Below are positions 54,696-55,091 of a stretch of 55,091 bases of DNA, one piece after another (the first letter of the stretch is position 1; every line of letters starts with the position of its first letter). This DNA is from Nitrospiraceae bacterium. Lineage in GTDB: Bacteria > Nitrospirota > Nitrospiria > Nitrospirales > Nitrospiraceae. The translations under genes and the position numbers were made by a program. The notes below the pieces were generated by a model. It was not told where the DNA came from, made no database searches, and worked only from the letters and a program-made list of their open reading frames with translations. Where the stretch lies: positions 1-55,091 of the forward strand of contig DATENE010000063.1 in assembly GCA_035275205.1 (NCBI GenBank), read 5' to 3'.

Positions 54696-55091
54696 ATGCT
54701 GAAAGTGACGCGTGGGCTATGCGGCCAGTGTCCACGTGCCTATCCGGTCGCCACGATCGGCAATTTCGATGGCCACCATCTAGGCCATCGAGCGTTGCTG
54801 CAGACGGTGGTCGAGACCGCTCGGAAGGCACAAGGGACTGCGCTCGTGCTGACCTTCGAACCGCATCCGGTGAAAATTCTTGCACCCCGCGTCGATCTTC
54901 GCTTTCTCACCAGCCCGGAGGAAAAGCTTGCACACTTCGAAGCTGCGGGGATTGACGAAGTGGTCTTCCTGGACTTTACTCCGACCTTTGCGGCGATGAG
55001 CCCGGATCAATTTGCCGAAGACATCCTGCATCGCGCTCTCACCCTGTCTGAATTGTTCGTGGGGAATCATTTTGCGTTTGGAAAGGGCCGG
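54696..55091 (+). CDS. ribF: Bifunctional riboflavin kinase / FMN adenylyltransferase, N-terminal part (open at window end)
   Basis: Not in the track because no stop lies in the window. ATG 54696 gives MLKVTRGLCGQCPRAYPVATIGNFDGHHLGHRALL...FEPHPVKIL...GIDEVVFLDF. It has the FAD-synthetase nucleotidyltransferase motif GNFDGxHxGH, with exactly 132 codons to the edge. Confidence 0.85.
   Translation, partial: MLKVTRGLCGQCPRAYPVATIGNFDGHHLGHRALLQTVVETARKAQGTALVLTFEPHPVKILAPRVDLRFLTSPEEKLAHFEAAGIDEVVFLDFTPTFAAMSPDQFAEDILHRALTLSELFVGNHFAFGKGR

Noticed and set aside
53587-54885. A very long (432-aa) minus-strand ORF antisense to hemB. Similar long antisense ORFs lie at 29220..30539 (opposite lolC), 20488..21318 (opposite trpE), 4120..4812 (opposite miaB), 38129..38740 (opposite top6B), 9926..10516 (opposite nrdJ), 6682..7491 and 46498..47313.
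   Set aside because: Each lies opposite a gene with unmistakable family motifs. Each translates to Arg/Pro/Gly/His-rich low-complexity sequence typical of antisense frames in GC-rich DNA. None has a signal, RBS or domain motif.
1-55091. CRISPR arrays, rRNA genes, transposases, toxin-antitoxin pairs or known defence-system hallmarks.
   Set aside because: I scanned both strands and the ORF track. There are no regularly spaced direct repeats, no rRNA-like segments, and no ORFs with DDE/integrase, Cas, restriction-modification or abortive-infection signatures. The only interspersed repeats are the palindromic elements reported above.

Overview
This is a moderately GC-rich, densely coding chromosomal segment of a diderm bacterium. 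My guess from gene content is a Nitrospira-like lineage, but that is unverified. Almost everything here is core housekeeping.

Gene content, in order:
- Tandem PilZ genes.
- A mutY-core / mutT / PolB-like exonuclease cassette.
- Tandem methylthiotransferases (mtaB-miaB), then ampG.
- A class II ribonucleotide reductase (nrdJ) with candidate NrdR boxes.
- rlpA, a CNNM/CorB-type transporter and ligA.
- A complete trpEGDCFBA operon.
- A long minus-strand block: lnt-prfB-lysS-lolC-lolD plus an outer-membrane barrel and a lipoprotein.
- pal, then an archaeal-type topoisomerase VI pair (top6B-top6A).
- argJ-argC, rplM-rpsI, two tandem DUF151 nuclease paralogs, yggX and tRNA-Leu(CAA).
- A tusA-like gene, rsmI, a heme cluster (hemX-like, hemA, hemC, cobA/hemD fusion, CBS, hemB) and the 5' part of ribF.

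I found no CRISPR array, transposase, integrase, toxin-antitoxin pair or recognisable defence island. I cannot point to a clear novel multi-gene system.

Best leads for a second look:
1. A complete Topo VI operon in a bacterial housekeeping context, with a long leader.
2. An interspersed palindromic repeat family with oriented termini (GGATGCTGAAAAAG / GGATGYTCAAAAAG). It sits immediately after stop codons, including inside the trp operon.
3. A translationally coupled truncated-MutY / MutT / exonuclease cassette.
4. An uncharacterised barrel-plus-lipoprotein pair at the end of the lnt-lol cluster.
5. An A/C-rich tract with 9-nt periodicity and an in-frame mini-ORF in front of hemC.

All family assignments are motif-level readings of the translations. 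No searches were run.
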